Shown here: positions 19,154 to 37,799 of the stretch, in pieces
Layout of the letters: each line of letters begins with the position of its first letter
How positions within the stretch are numbered: the stretch's first letter is position 1
DNA from: the human T2T-CHM13v2.0 reference genome, Homo sapiens
NCBI RefSeq assembly: GCF_009914755.1
Contig: NC_060940.1
Length of the DNA stretch: 64,000 nt
Direction: 5' to 3' (one strand)
Translations under genes and position numbers: made by a program
The notes under the pieces: generated by a model
What the model saw: the letters and a program-made list of their open reading frames with translations, nothing else
Databases searched by the model: none
What the model was told of the DNA's origin: nothing

Positions 19154-20665
19154 TGCAGGGACCAGCCCCACAGGGTCGGTGGGTCTCTCCCCGTGTGCGG
19201 CGATGAGAGAGTGTAGAAATAAAGACACAAGACAAAGAGATAAAAGAAAAGACAGCTGGGCCCGGGGGACGACTACCACCAATGTGCGGAGACCGGTAGC
19301 GGCCCCGAATGTCTGGCTGCACTGTTATTTACTGGATGCAAGCAAAAGGGGCAGGGTAAAGAGTGTGAGTCATCTCCAATGATAGGTAAGGTCACGTGGG
19401 TCATGTGTCCACTGGACAGGGGGCCCTTCCCTGCCTGGCAGCCGAGGCAGAGAGAGAGGAGACAAAGAGAAAGACAGCTTACACCATTATTTCTGCATAT
19501 CAGAGACTTTCAGTACTTTCACTAATTTTCTACTGCTATCTAGAAGGCAGAGCCAGGTGTACAGGATGGAACATGAAGGCAGACTAGGAGCGTGACCACT
19601 GAAGCACAGCATCACAGGGAGACGGTTAGGTCTCCGGATAACTACGGGCAAGCCTGACTGATGTCAGGCCCTCCACAAGAGGTGGAGGAGCAGAGTCTTC
19701 TCTAAACTCCCCCAGGGAAAGGGAGACCCCCCCCCTTTCCTGGTCTGCTAAGTAGCGGGTGTTGTTCCTTGACACTTTTCGCTACAGCTAGACCATGGTC
19801 CCCCTGGCAACGGGTGTCTTCCCAGACGCTGACATCACCGCTAGACCAAGGAGCCCTCTGGTGGCCCTGTCCGGGCATAACAGAAGGCTCGCACTCTTGT
19901 CTTCTGGTCACACCTCACTATGTCCCCTCAGCTCCTATTATGGTATGAGGCCACCACTTCTCCTGTTGTCCTTCCCAGTTTCTCCCCAACCTCCCCTTTT
20001 CCCTAGTTTATAAGACAGGAGAAAAGAGAGAAAGCAAAAAGTTGGAAAGAAACAGAAGTAAGATAAATAGCTAGACGACCTTGGCGCCACCACCTGGCCC
20101 TGGTGGCTAAAATAATAATATTATTATTAACCCCTGACCAAAACTACTGGTGTTATCTGTAAATTCCAGACATTGTATGAGAAAGCACTATAAAACTTTT
20201 TGTTCTGTTAACTGATGTTTGTAGCCCCCAGTCACGTTCCTCATGCTTACTTGATCTATTACGACTTTTTCACGTAGACCCCTTAGAGTTGTAAGCCCTT
20301 AAAAGGGCTAGGAATTTCTTTTTCAGGGAGCTCGGCTCTTAAGACACGAGTCTGCTGACGCTCCCGGCCGAATAAAAAAACCTCTTCCTTCTTTAATCCG
20401 GTGTCTGAGGAGTTTTGTCTGCGACTCGTCCTGCTACACTATCTCTGTATGGCCTGGTTTTTCCTAGGTTATGATTATAGAGCGGGGATTATTATAATAT
20501 TGGGATAAAGAGTAATTACTACAAACTAATGATTAATGATATTCATATATAATCATGTCTAAGATCTATATCTGGTATAACTATTCTTGTTTTATATTTT
20601 ATTATACTGGAACAGCTTGTGTCCTCAGTCTCTTGCCTCAGCGCCTGGGTGGCTTGCCGCCCACA
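19154..20665 (-). mobile_element. LTR13 solo LTR (ERVK class), inserted in an Alu and interrupted by LTR2B
   Basis: Minus strand begins TGTGGGCGGCAAGCCACCCAGG and ends ...CCCTGCA; 6-bp TSD gcagag (19148-53) / gcagaa (20666-71); the Alu resumes in register after it. Confidence 0.85.
19939..20438 (+). mobile_element. LTR2B-type solo LTR (HERV-E/ERV1)
   Basis: 500 bp, TATGGTATGAGGCCACC...CTCGTCCTGCTACA, AATAAA at 20371, perfect 4-bp TSD ctat (19935-38 / 20439-42). Confidence 0.8.
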
Positions 20666-24031
<3,366 letters not shown>

Positions 24032-24329
24032 TAAGAAAGAACTGTCCCTTCTCCCCCGTTGACTTATTTCCTTCAGTTTGGACTCATATCGTAGTCAAGG
24101 TTATAATCCGTTGCTATCGCTGTTTATTTGAATCTCACACTGGTTCCGCTCTGGGGTAGGGTCACTGGGGGCGTCAATGAGATGCATGAGAATCGCCTTC
24201 CCACGGGGTCAGGAAACTGACAGGCCCAAGAGTGCATCTCAGCAAACGCTCCGTTTCCTGCGGGCAGCCTCAGATACTGGGGACCGTCCTGGGGTCTCAA
24301 TTAAGCGCCCCCTACTCCAGCCCCTTTAC

Positions 24330-25220
24330 GCCAAGAGCGTCCTGTTCAGCTCCCCCATCCTAGCTCCGCCCCTGGACGCCGCCGTCCAATCTCGGGATGG
24401 CCCCGCCTTTTCCGTGAGTTACGTCCCCGCCCCCATGCGCTGACAGGCCAGGCCTGCGGCTCGGCGCCGCGCAGGGAAGACCCGGAGCAGCGGTTTACCT
24501 AAGGAACGGGCCGCGCGGTCTTGCTGCGCATGCTCTGAAGTAGCGCGCCTGAGCGTTCCGCAAGGCCGGCTCCCCGGCGGGGTCGCGCGCGCGCGGTCAC
24601 GGGGCTCGCTCCCGAGGGGCAGGTCGGGGCTGGGAGCTGGTGCCGGGGTCGGGGTGGCGGCGGCGGCCTGGGCCGCGAGGTCGACGCTCGCTGCTGCAGC
24701 GGCAGAGGTTAAAGGATCCGCCGCGGCGCTGTCGCCGGAGAGGGAGGGCCCCGCTGCCGTCGGTGAGGACAGGCCCCTGCGGGCGGGGAATGTCCCGCGT
24801 CCCCGGCGTGGACGCGCCCGCAGCCCGGCTCTCCCGGGGGTCCCGAGGGTTGCGGGTGCTGGGGAGGGGTCTGCGTCCCGGCGCTCAGGCCGCCTCCTGT
24901 GGGGTCTCCCGCGATTCCCTCCTTGCTCCTCGCCCCTCCATCCCCACCCCCCCGTCCCCTGGCCTAAGCCCGACACCCCCACATCAAGGATCCCCGCACT
25001 CGTCCGCCGTTTCCTGGCGGTGTCTGCCCCGCCCAGCGCTGCCTTCCTGGACCCGCAGCATCAGCCCCGTCCCACGGTTGCAGCTCGGGCGGTCCCAGTG
25101 ACCTTGCACTTTTGCGGGTCGGGACGCACCCCGCTCCCGCTTCTGACCCTATAGATCTCCGGTGACGGCTTTCGAACTTTGTTGACCCACAGCCGACACT
25201 GAGAAATGCCTTTTACGCGT
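24330..25220 (+). promoter_or_regulatory. FLYWCH1 CpG-island promoter
   Basis: Dense CpG; GC boxes (about 24364, 24425), CCAAT (about 24387), NRF1-like GCGCATGC (about 24526). Confidence 0.85.
24590..24762 (+). other. FLYWCH1: FLYWCH1 exon 1 (non-coding; start approximate)
   Basis: Donor TCG|gtgagg at 24763 inside the CpG island. Confidence 0.65.
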
Positions 25221-26059
25221 GTACTCTGTGCCTGTGGGTCTGGATGACTGAAGCACAAGTTTAAAGGGAGACGCTTGTTTAAGCTCACATGACGCAGCTG
25301 GATCTGTTCGGATTAAATTCCGTTCCATTCTCTTCCACCCCGTTCCAAAAGGCTGCTTCTAACCCATGGAGCCTGCACATAACGGGTCTGACGTAGTTGA
25401 AACCCTCGCTCTAAACCCTGCCTGTTGTTCCTTTATTCCTTGTACTGGAAGCTGAACTCCCATAGTCAGATAATCATGTGCAAACTCCAATTCCAACGAA
25501 ATGGCTTATTTTTATTTGCATATTTCTGCTTTCCAAGGGCCAATATGATTTCCAGGGCTTGATCTAGATTTTCTCGTGTGATTATATCATGTTTCTCTTG
25601 TTCCTTTCCCAAGTGCTACTGGCGGGACGTGTGGAAGGAACAAGGCTGAGGTTGGGGCTAGATTGCGGAGTGTTTATGACGCCCAGCTGATGATGCACTA
25701 AGGCTGGAGATGGAGATGATTTAATTGGGGAGAGACATGCTGAAAGTTAAGCTTTAGGAAGAGTGACCTGTCAGCACCCTATGTGGAGAATTGGAGTGGC
25801 TGCTTGCCAAAGCTGGCAAGATCGTTCAGAGGCTTTGGCTTGGGCTAAAGAGGTCGTGGTAAGGGATGATGTCCTGAGTTGGTGGGAGTGGGAAGGAGAG
25901 GGAAGATGGGTATATCAGGCATAAAGGGAGAGAGATTTGAGGATGCATTAGGCTGTGGGAAGGAGTAAATAAACTTATATTATGATGGAGGGTGACTGGG
26001 GAATACCGGGCTGGGGGGGTCTCATTGGCCAAGCTCTCCCTTTCTGTGCGCTCTAATTT

Positions 26060-26270
26060 CTAAGTTGCTTTGGAGCTGTGGCTCTTGGGCAATTCTGCAC
26101 CCCAGGGAACGTTCTGCAGTGTTGGTGGTCACAATGTGTGGTAGGGCATGACAGTGGGATCTGGCAGGTAGAGACCGGGGTTGCTGCTGAACACCCCACG
26201 CTGAACAGGACAGCCTCCCACAGCAGAATCATCCGGCCCAAAATGCCAACGGTGCTGAGATTGTGAAGTT
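26060..26270. mobile_element. MER20 DNA transposon remnant
   Basis: Matches recalled MER20 motifs (GTAGAGACCGGGGTTGCTGCTGAACA...AGGACAGCCTCCCACAGCAGAATCATCCGGCCCAAAATG). Confidence 0.65.
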
Positions 26271-26784
26271 CATTTTTAGAGTAAATTTTAATTATCTGGG
26301 CATCTCTGCCACCTTCAACCTCTTCAGGAGGAATGTCTGTGTGCACCCACTGAGCCTGTGATGTCACCATAGTGGTTCATGTCTGAGGCAAGTGCACCTC
26401 CAACGCTCATGGTTCAGTTGCGGGTAGGTGGGAGGTGGGTAGACACTGGAGTCATCCAGGAGCTTTAAAAAAAAATTTTTTTTAGTAGAAATGGTGGGGG
26501 CGAGGGGCAGGTCTCACTATGTTGCCTAGGCTGGTCTCGAACTCCTGGGCTCAAACAATTCTCTCACCTGAGCCTCCCAAACTGCTGAGATGACAGGTGT
26601 GAGCCACCGTGCCACCGGCCCATTCAGAAGCTTTTTAAACAGAGGGCCTTCCCTCCTCCCGCTCCTATCACTCAGGACCCCTACTGCACCTGGATGCCGA
26701 ACACCTTGTTCTTGTCTAATGGTCGACAGTTCATGGAATAATTTCACCTGCAGTATTTCATTTGCCACTTTACTTTCTTCACAG

Positions 26785-26898
26785 GTGAAACCAGCCCAGA
26801 GAAGTTACGGGATTTGCCCCCGGGGCTCCTGCCCAGCAAGCCAGCGCCGTGACCCAGGTGTGGGGGATGATGGTGACGCTTCTCACTCACATGTGAAG
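26785..26898 (+). other. FLYWCH1: FLYWCH1 exon 2 (5'-UTR)
   Basis: Acceptor tttactttcttcacAG and donor AAG|gtaatt; 114 nt of unique sequence. Confidence 0.65.
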
Positions 26899-27206
26899 GT
26901 AATTCTGTGGCTCCATCAGCTGCCGACAGAGCCGCCTGGTTTTCGAGCCTTACTGATTAGAGTTTGGACCCCTTGGTGTCTGAGAGACACCTGACAGTTG
27001 CTAACATGTGACCCTTAGGTCTACGCTGAGCCCTTGTGGTCACCAGCAGGACCGCAGCGTCCCAGTAGGCCATCTGGCATTGCACTCAAATTGCTCCGCA
27101 CCCTCAATTCTGGGAGAAGGGGAGAGAGGACAGGAGAGTGATGCACCATGAACTGAGACTTTGGAGCTTTCCATGCAAATCTGCCGGCCTGTGCTCCATT
27201 CACTTA

Positions 27207-27338
<132 letters not shown>

Positions 27339-29534
27339 CTATACTAAAAATACAAAAAATTTAGCTGGGCGTGGTGGCGCACACCTGTAATCCCAGCTAC
27401 TCAGGAGCCTGAGGAGCAGAATCGCTTGAACCTGGTTCAGGGATTCAGCGGAGGTTGCAGTGAGTCAGGATCGAGCCACTGCACTCCAGCCTGGGCGACA
27501 GAGTGAGACTCTGTCTCAAAAAAAAAAAAAAAAAAAGAAATTTGTACTGAATGAAGATTGAACATTACAAAAGAAACACATTAGGGCCCCTGTATCTACT
27601 GTAAAACAATGGGTATCTACTGTAAAAAAAAAAAGCACTTAAACTAGAGTAACAAAAGTTTCTAATTTTTATTAAATGAGATATTTATTGAATTTATTAA
27701 ATAATATAAATGTATTAAAATGTACTCATTTTTATTACATGCACTGAAATTTTTTTTTTTTTCCCTGAGACAGTCTCATTTTGTTGCCTAGGCTGGAGTG
27801 CATTGGTGTGATCTTGGCTCACTGCAACCTCCATCTCCCCGGTAGGTTCAGTGAGTTCTGCCTCAGCCTCCTGAGCAGCTGGGATTACAGGCATGCACCA
27901 CGCCCGACTAATTTTTTTGTATTTTTAGTAGAGACAGGGTTTTACCGTGTTGGCCAGGCGGCAAACTGGGATTACAGGCCTGTGCTACCAAGCCCAGCTA
28001 ATTGTTGTATTTTTAGTAGAGACAGGGTTTCACCATGTTGGCCAGGCCGGTCTCAAACTCCTGAGCTCCACCTTACTGGCTAACGGTAAGTAAAATCTTT
28101 AACATGTGTTTGCTTTATATGAGTATAAAAGAATTGTATTTCCTTTGTTTTGGTCTAGGGCACTGTTTTTGAAACTGCTTAGTCATTGGTCCTAAAATCA
28201 TTAGGTTCCAGTCAGCAATTTTTAAAATTACATGGGCTGGTCACAGTGGTTCACGCCTGTAATCCCAGCACTTTGAGAGGCCAAGGTGGGCGGATCACGG
28301 GAGGCAGAGGCACCAGAATGGCTTGAGCCTGGGAATCGGAGGTTGCAGTTAGCTGAGATCTAGCCACTGCTCCCCAGCCTGGGAGACAGAGCAAGACTCT
28401 GTGTCGAGAGAAAAAAAAAAAAAAGAGAGAATCCAAAGAAGAATCTACAAGATTCTAGATCAGGAATATTGAAATGAATGTGCAAATGGAGGCAAAACTG
28501 GCCTCTTCTACAGTGGCCAAGGAAACATATTTTTGATTATAAGGCTGATTTCATCATATTTGGCCTGATTATGTAGTGCAGCAATAGTACTGATTCACCA
28601 GATAAGCCTACCTGAGTTTGCCTGCCTGGAAGTCTCCATAAGGAAACTTAGACTTTTTAAAGTCTGTTGTTTTGGCCAGGTGCCGTGGCTCACACCTGTA
28701 ATCCCAGCATTTTGGGAGGCAAAGACGGGCTGATCACTTGAGGTCAGAAGTTCGAGACCAGCCTGGCCAACATGATGAAACCTCATCTCTACTAAAAACA
28801 AAAGTTAGCTGGGCGTGTTGGTGCGTGCCTGTAATCCTAGCTACTCAGGAAGCTGAGTCAGGATAATTAACCTAGGAGGCAGAAGTTGCAGTGAGCTGAG
28901 ATCATGCCACTGTACTCCAGCCTGGGCAACAGAGTGGGACTCCATCTCAAAACAAAAATACAGGCCAGGTGTGGTGGCTCACGCCTGTAATCCCAGCACT
29001 TTGGGAAGCTGAGGCAGGCGGATCACGAAGTCAGGAGATAGAGACCATCCTGGCTAACATGGTGAAACCCCGTCTCTACTAACAAAATACAAAAAATTAT
29101 CCAGGCCTGGTGGCAGGTGCCTGTAGTCTCAGCTACTCTGGAGGCTGAGGCCGGAGAATGGCGTGAACCCAGGAGACAGAGCTTGCAGAGAGCCGAGATC
29201 GCACCACTGCACTCCAGCCTGGGTGACAGAGCGAGACTCCATCTCAAAAAAACAAAACAAAACAAAAAACAAAAAAAAGAAAAAAGAAATTAAAAAATTC
29301 GTTGTTTGATATCCTGAGACACAGAAGGCAAGTCCAGGATGCTTTCTCCATCAGATTTTACCTGTAGTACTTAAAATTTGGGCAAATTCCTCTCTTCTTG
29401 AGGTTCCCCAAAATACCCCTAAGGTTCCTGAAACTTGTTAAATTGCTAATACTTTCAAAAACGAGGAAATCGGCCAGGCATGGTGGCTCACTCCTGTAAT
29501 CCCAGCTCTTTGGGAGGCCGAGGGGGGTGGATCA

Positions 29535-30190
<656 letters not shown>

Positions 30191-30369
30191 TGAGATGATG
30201 TAGATAAAATACTTCAGGTATTTTAGTGCCCAGCACAAAGCAAACCTCAGGTGTTGCTTAGGTTCGTCGCTTAGCTGCAGTCTTCTGTTTCCCAAGGTCA
30301 TCTATTCTAGTGTTTGTCAAAGTCTAGTTCACAGTCTATCAGTATCAGGAGGATTTGTGAAAAATCTAG

Positions 30370-30672
<303 letters not shown>

Positions 30673-30675
30673 TGA

Positions 30676-30958
<283 letters not shown>

Positions 30959-31454
30959 TAGCCAGGATGGTCTCGATCTCCTGACCTCGTGATCCGCCTG
31001 CCTTGGCCTTCTAAAGTGCTGGGATTACAGGCGTGAGCCACCGCGCCAGGCTTTTTTTTTTTTGAGAGGGAGTTTTGCTCTTGTTGCCCAGGCTGGAGTG
31101 CAATGGCAGGATCTTGGCTCACTGCAACCTCCACCTCCCGGTTTCGAGTGACTCTTCTGCCTCAGCCTCCTGAATAGCTGGGATTACAGGCATGCACCAA
31201 CATGACCATCTAATTTTTGTATTTTCAGTAGAGACGGGGTTTCTCCATTTTAGTCAGGCTGGTCTCAAACTCCCGACCTCAGGTGATCCGCCTGCCTCGG
31301 CCTCCCAAAGTGCTGGGATTAGAGGCGTGAACCACCGTGCCTGGCCTTAAATGTTTTTAAGTTATAAACATGTAAAATAAAATTCGCCAATGAATAACAA
31401 ATATGACCAGAATAGAAAGGAAATAGTAGGAAAGACCAGTGGATTGAGGGCTAG

Positions 31455-31805
<351 letters not shown>

Positions 31806-31833
31806 TGAGCCACCACACCCAGCTGCTCTCTGA

Positions 31834-32150
<317 letters not shown>

Positions 32151-32442
32151 TGAGCCACCGCGTCTGGCCTATTTTTTGTTTCTTGAGATGGGGTCATGTG
32201 ATGTTGCCCAGATTGGCTTCAAACTCCTGGGCTCAAGCCATTTTCCTGCCACAACCTCCCAAGTGGCTGGGACTACACATACGCACCACCATGCCCAGCT
32301 CGAAGTACTACTTTTTGTAAATATAACATTTTGGAAATCCTCTTGAATTTTTTTTCCAACTTGGAAAAATTTCCAAATTCTTGTTTGAAAACATTGCCAC
32401 CCGTGTAATTTTACCAAGGCAATAGGAACATTTCAGGAGCAA

Positions 32443-32476
32443 CACCACCATCTTGTGGCCATATGGAGTATTGCTG
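32443..32476 (-). promoter_or_regulatory. Candidate CTCF site with upstream motif
   Basis: Minus strand GCAATACTCCATA-TGGCCACAAGATGGTGGTG resembles the CTCF core plus U motif, in an Alu-free island. Confidence 0.5.
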
Positions 32477-33416
32477 CTGAGGATTTAAATTTGCGCTTCC
32501 CCCGTGACGGGTGGTCCTGCCTTATGTAATGGTCCTTTGGAAAGACTCCAGGTGGCCTCTGGTGGGGGCTTCCTGCTCTCGAGGGGGATACAGTAGCAGA
32601 CATGATTGAACGCAGTGTGTGCTACAGAAAAGCAAGCGCCTTAAAGGCATTAGTTCAACAATGGAAGTAGTTGTGCATTTGAGTGGCAGGATTAGGGGTC
32701 ATTTTAGTATTATAGTCTTAACATTCTGAAATAGTTTCTATATATTTTTAGAATATGATATTAGAACTTAGAAAATTTCACAACATATAATGCATGCCAC
32801 CCCTTCTTTGATGAGTAAACCAAACCCAAGAACAAGAAGCTTCTGATGTTTAGTAGAGCACCTGTAATCCCAGCACTTTAGGAGGCAGGTAGGTAACTAG
32901 AGGCCAGGAGTTCGAGACCAGCCTGGCCAAAATGGTGAAACTCCATCTCTACTAAAAATACAAAACAAAATTTAGCCATGTGTGGTTTCAGGTGCCTATA
33001 ATCCCAGCTACTCAGGAGGCTGAGGCCTGAGAATCGCTTGACCCAGGAGGCGGAGGTTGCAGTGAGCTAAGATTACGCCATTGCACTCCAGCCTGGGTGG
33101 CCGTGAGACTCTGTCTTAAAAAAAAAAAAAAACACTTTTCCACCAAGAGACCCTTGGAATCTGAGTCATTCTGACCATTGTTTGTTTGTTTGTTTTTGTT
33201 TTTTTGAGATGGAGTTTTGCTCTTGTTGCCCAGGCTGGAGTGCAATAGCGTGAGCTCCTGCCTCAGCCTCCCGAGTAGCTGGGATTGCAGGCATATGCCA
33301 CCATGCCTGGCTATTTTTGTATTTTTAGTGGAGACGGGGTTTCTCCATGTTGGTCGGGCTGGTCTCAAACTCCCCACCTCAGGTGATCTGCCCACCTTGG
33401 CCTCCCGAAGTGCTAG

Positions 33417-33651
<235 letters not shown>

Positions 33652-33811
33652 TAGCCCGGATGGTCTCGATCTGCTGACCCCGTGATCTGCCCGCCTCGGC
33701 CTCCCAAAGTGCTGGGATTACAGGCGTGAGCCACCATTCCCAGACAGGGATTGTTTTTCAATAACTTTCCTGAGATATAATTTACATAATACCATATGAT
33801 TTCTCCATCTA

Positions 33812-33961
33812 AAGTCTACAATTCATTGCTTTTAATATATTCAGAAAGCTGTCCAAGTATCACCACCATCAATTTTAGGACTTTTTAAGTCTACAATTCA
33901 TTGCTTTTAATATATTCAGAAAGCTGTCCAAGTATCACCACCATCAATTTTAGGACTTTTT
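33812..33961. repeat. 75-bp perfect tandem duplication within an old L1 fragment
   Basis: aagtctacaattcattgc...ttttaggacttttt present twice (33812 and 33887). Confidence 0.9.
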
Positions 33962-34561
33962 TTTTTTTTGCTTCTAAAGCCAGAGGGAGGATGGTTGCTC
34001 CCTTTCTCTGGACAGGGAAGCGGGTGAGAAGAGCTTATAGAGGCATCCATCCGGTGCTTGGGAGGCTGAGGTGGGAGGATCGCTTGATCCCAGGAGTTCA
34101 AAACCAACCTGGAAATATAGCAAGACCCTGTCATTACCAAAATATTTTTTTTTAATTTAATTAAAAAACCAGGCTGGGCAACCTGGCAAAACCCCGTCTC
34201 TACAAAGAATACAGAAATTAGCCGGGCATGGTAGTGTGCGCCTGTGGTCCCAGCTACTCTGGAGGCTGAGGTGGGAAGATGGCTTGAGCCTGGGAGGCAG
34301 AGGCTGTAGTGATCACGCCACCACACTCCGGTTTAGGCTGTAGTGAAATCCTGCCACTAAAATAAAAAATAAAAGGTATTCATTCTGGCCGGGTGTGGTG
34401 GCTCACACCTGTAATCCCAGCACTTTGGGAGGCCAAGACAGGCAGATCATGAGGTCGGAAGTTCGAGACCATCCTGGCCAATATGGTGAAACCCCATCTC
34501 TACTAAAAAATACAAAAATTTGCTAGGTGTGGTGGCGCGCGCCTGTAGTCCCAGCTACTCA

Positions 34562-34711
<150 letters not shown>

Positions 34712-35207
34712 TCATATTCTGAATCATGGCGGGATAACTTTAGTTACTAGAAAATCTACCTTGTAGGGAGAAGCTTATTCACTGATAATGTTAGGGAAAT
34801 GGGGTGTTTTGTGTATAGTTTGTTACAGATGGCTCGTGTGTGTGTGTGTGTGTGTGTGTAGGGTTAAATATACATGACGTAAAATTTACCATATTGGTCA
34901 TTCATGTAAATTGCATCCTACAACCCTTGGTCTTTGTGAGCAGCTGCTCTCCCTGAGCCTCGATGTTGAAGTGTCCAGGTCAGCGGTTCACATTCATTGT
35001 TCATCCGTCACCACCGTCCATCTCCAGAACCTTTTCATCTTCCCCAACGGCTGCTCTGTGCCCATGAAACACTCCCTCCTCATCCTCCTGCCCCTGGCAC
35101 CCCCATTCTACTTTCTGTCCCCATAAGTTTGACTGCCCTGGGGACCTCATACAAGTGGAATCAGACAGTGTTTGTCCCCTTGTGCCTGGCATGTCGTATG
35201 TTGCAGA

Positions 35208-35846
35208 TTTTTTTATGGTGAAAAGATATACATATATTTAGAATTAGCCAGCCGGACTCGGTTTACATGATCTCCATTTTGTTGGCCACACCCAAAGCAT
35301 CCTGATCAGGAGCCAGTGGAACATGTGCCTTCTTCTCTCCATCAGGCCCAATCAGGGTATTGACCTGGGCCACAACCACCTCACAGAGTTCTTCACAGCC
35401 TGTTTGAGCTGGTGCTTGTTGGCTTTAACATCCACAGTGAAGACAAGTGTGTTGTCTTCTGTCTTCTTCATGGCAGACTCAGTGGTCGGTGGAAAATTGA
35501 TGATCGCATAGTGGTCAAGCTCGTTTCTCCTGGGGGCGCTCTTCCGAGGATATTTGGGCTGCCTCCGGAGTCGCAGTGTCTTGGGCTGCCAGAAGGCGGG
35601 TGACGCGCGGATCTTTTTTTGGGGGGGCTGTTGTGTGGATCTTTTTTTGTGTGTGTGTGGCTGTTGTGCGGATCTATTTTTTTTATAGTTTGTTTTGTGT
35701 GTGTGGCTGTTGTGAGGTTCTTTTTTTGTGTGGCTGTGGACGCCTTTCAACGCTGCCGCCTTGGCCTTTAAAGCCTTTGCTTTGGCTTCAGCTTTACAAG
35801 GGGCAGGAGCTCCCTTCTTCGCTTTCAGCGCCATCTTGTGAAGAGG
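35208..35846 (-). pseudogene. RPL23A (uL23) processed pseudogene
   Basis: Intronless; [25 protein letters not shown]...[51 protein letters not shown]; frameshifted C-terminus; retains 5'UTR (TTCACAAGATGGCG), 3'UTR and a short polyA. Confidence 0.93.
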
Positions 35847-36347
35847 CTGTTTTTGTTTATTTTTATTTTTGAAATGGAGTCTCGCTCTGTCGCCCAGGCT
35901 GGAGTGCAGTGGTGCGATCTCTGCTCACTGCAACCTCTGCCTTCTGGTTCAAGCGATTCTCCTGCCTCAGCCTCTCGAGTAGTTGGGATTACAGGCGTCC
36001 GCCACCACGCCCGGCTAATTTTTGTATTTTTAGTAGAGACGGGCTTGCCTATGTTGGCCAGGCTGGTCTCGAACTCCTGACCTCAGGTGATCCGCCCGCC
36101 TCAGCCTCCCAAAGTGCTGGGATGGCAGGCGTGAGCCACAGCGCCCGGGCAGTGCAGATGTTTTAAAATGCATACTTCTCCTTTGCTGTCCCTTATACTT
36201 CATATTTTTGTTTCCCTCGTTACAAGCCATTTATATGCACCCATCTGGGGGATGTGGTGTTTGTGTTGCACAGCATATGGCAATCTGGAGCTCACACATA
36301 GTTTTATGTCAGATATTTCATAACCGTTTGCATTATTCCATCTATTA

Positions 36348-36494
<147 letters not shown>

Positions 36495-37799
36495 TTAGCC
36501 AGGCATGTTGGCGGGCACCTGTAATCGCAGCTACTTGGGAGTCTGAGGCAGAATAGCTTGAAACTCAGGAGGTGGAGGTTGCATTGAGCTGAGATCGTGC
36601 CACTGCACTTAGCCTGGGCAACAGAGAGACCCTGTCTCAAAAAGGTAAAAAGCTGGCCGGCACGGTGACTCACGCCGGTAATCCCAGTACTTTGGGAGGC
36701 CGAGGCAGGCGGATCACGAGGTCAGGAGATCAAGACCATCCTGGCTAACACGGTGAAACCCCGTCTCTACTAAAAATACAAAAAATTAGCCGGGCGTGGT
36801 GGCGGGCGCCTGTAGTCCCAGCTCCTCGGGAGGCTGAGGCAGGAGAATGGCGTGAACCCGGGAGGCGGAGCTTTGCAGTGAGCCGAGATCCGAGCACTGC
36901 ACTCTAGCCTGGGTGACAGAGCGAGACTCCATCTCAAAAAAAAAAAAAAAGTAAAAAGCCAGAACCCACTAGAGTCACTTACTTGCCAAGCATATCAGCT
37001 ATTGTGTAGCATACGACCCATGATCTTACTGGCTTGAAATAATAGGAGTTCCCCAGTGAACAGGGTTCTGTGGGGTTCCCAGGCTCCTTCATGTCTGCAG
37101 GCATCTAAGAGACTGCTGGGCTGCAGGGTACAAGGTGGTTTCCCTGAATGTGGCAGTGCTCTGCACATGGCCTCTCCTACAGCTGCCTTCCCTGCAGACT
37201 CAGGGCCCTGGCCCGTGAGGCGTGGGAATGTGTACCCTACGCTCCTGCCACGCTGTGGGTCACGCAACCCCCCCAGGCTAGTCAAGGTTCAGGCAGGTGG
37301 AGACAAAGCCCGGTTGCTGAGGGGCCTGTGGACTTTAACGGGCGGAGTGGCGGTGGGTCAGCATCTACCATCCAAGAGCCTGAACGGGCAAGAGTGGGAA
37401 CGGGTCCTCAGCCTTCCACAAGCCGGCGGTCAGGGCCTTTTCTTGTATTGGAACTTTTTCCAGATCTGTTGAAGCACATGTGTCTTGGAAGCCCTTTAAA
37501 CAGAAGTGGGAAGTGGTCGCCAGAGGACTGCGCTCTCTCCTGTCACTTCCTGTGACTCGGGTACAGCTCCATGGGAATGTGGGGCTTTCCTTGTCAGGCC
37601 AAGCTTGACGCAGTCCCCACCTTCACTCTGACGGCCTGGGACAGGCCCCTGCCCGCCTGCACTCCCATGGCGCAGCTGTGTCCTGCAGGACCAGCTGGCG
37701 GGGTGAACAGTGTGCGAGTCACTGTGCCAGCCTGCATAGTCTGGGAGGCCTCTGTCAGGAGCAACCTGGCGTCCCCATGCCTCGCCCTGGCTGGGAGGG

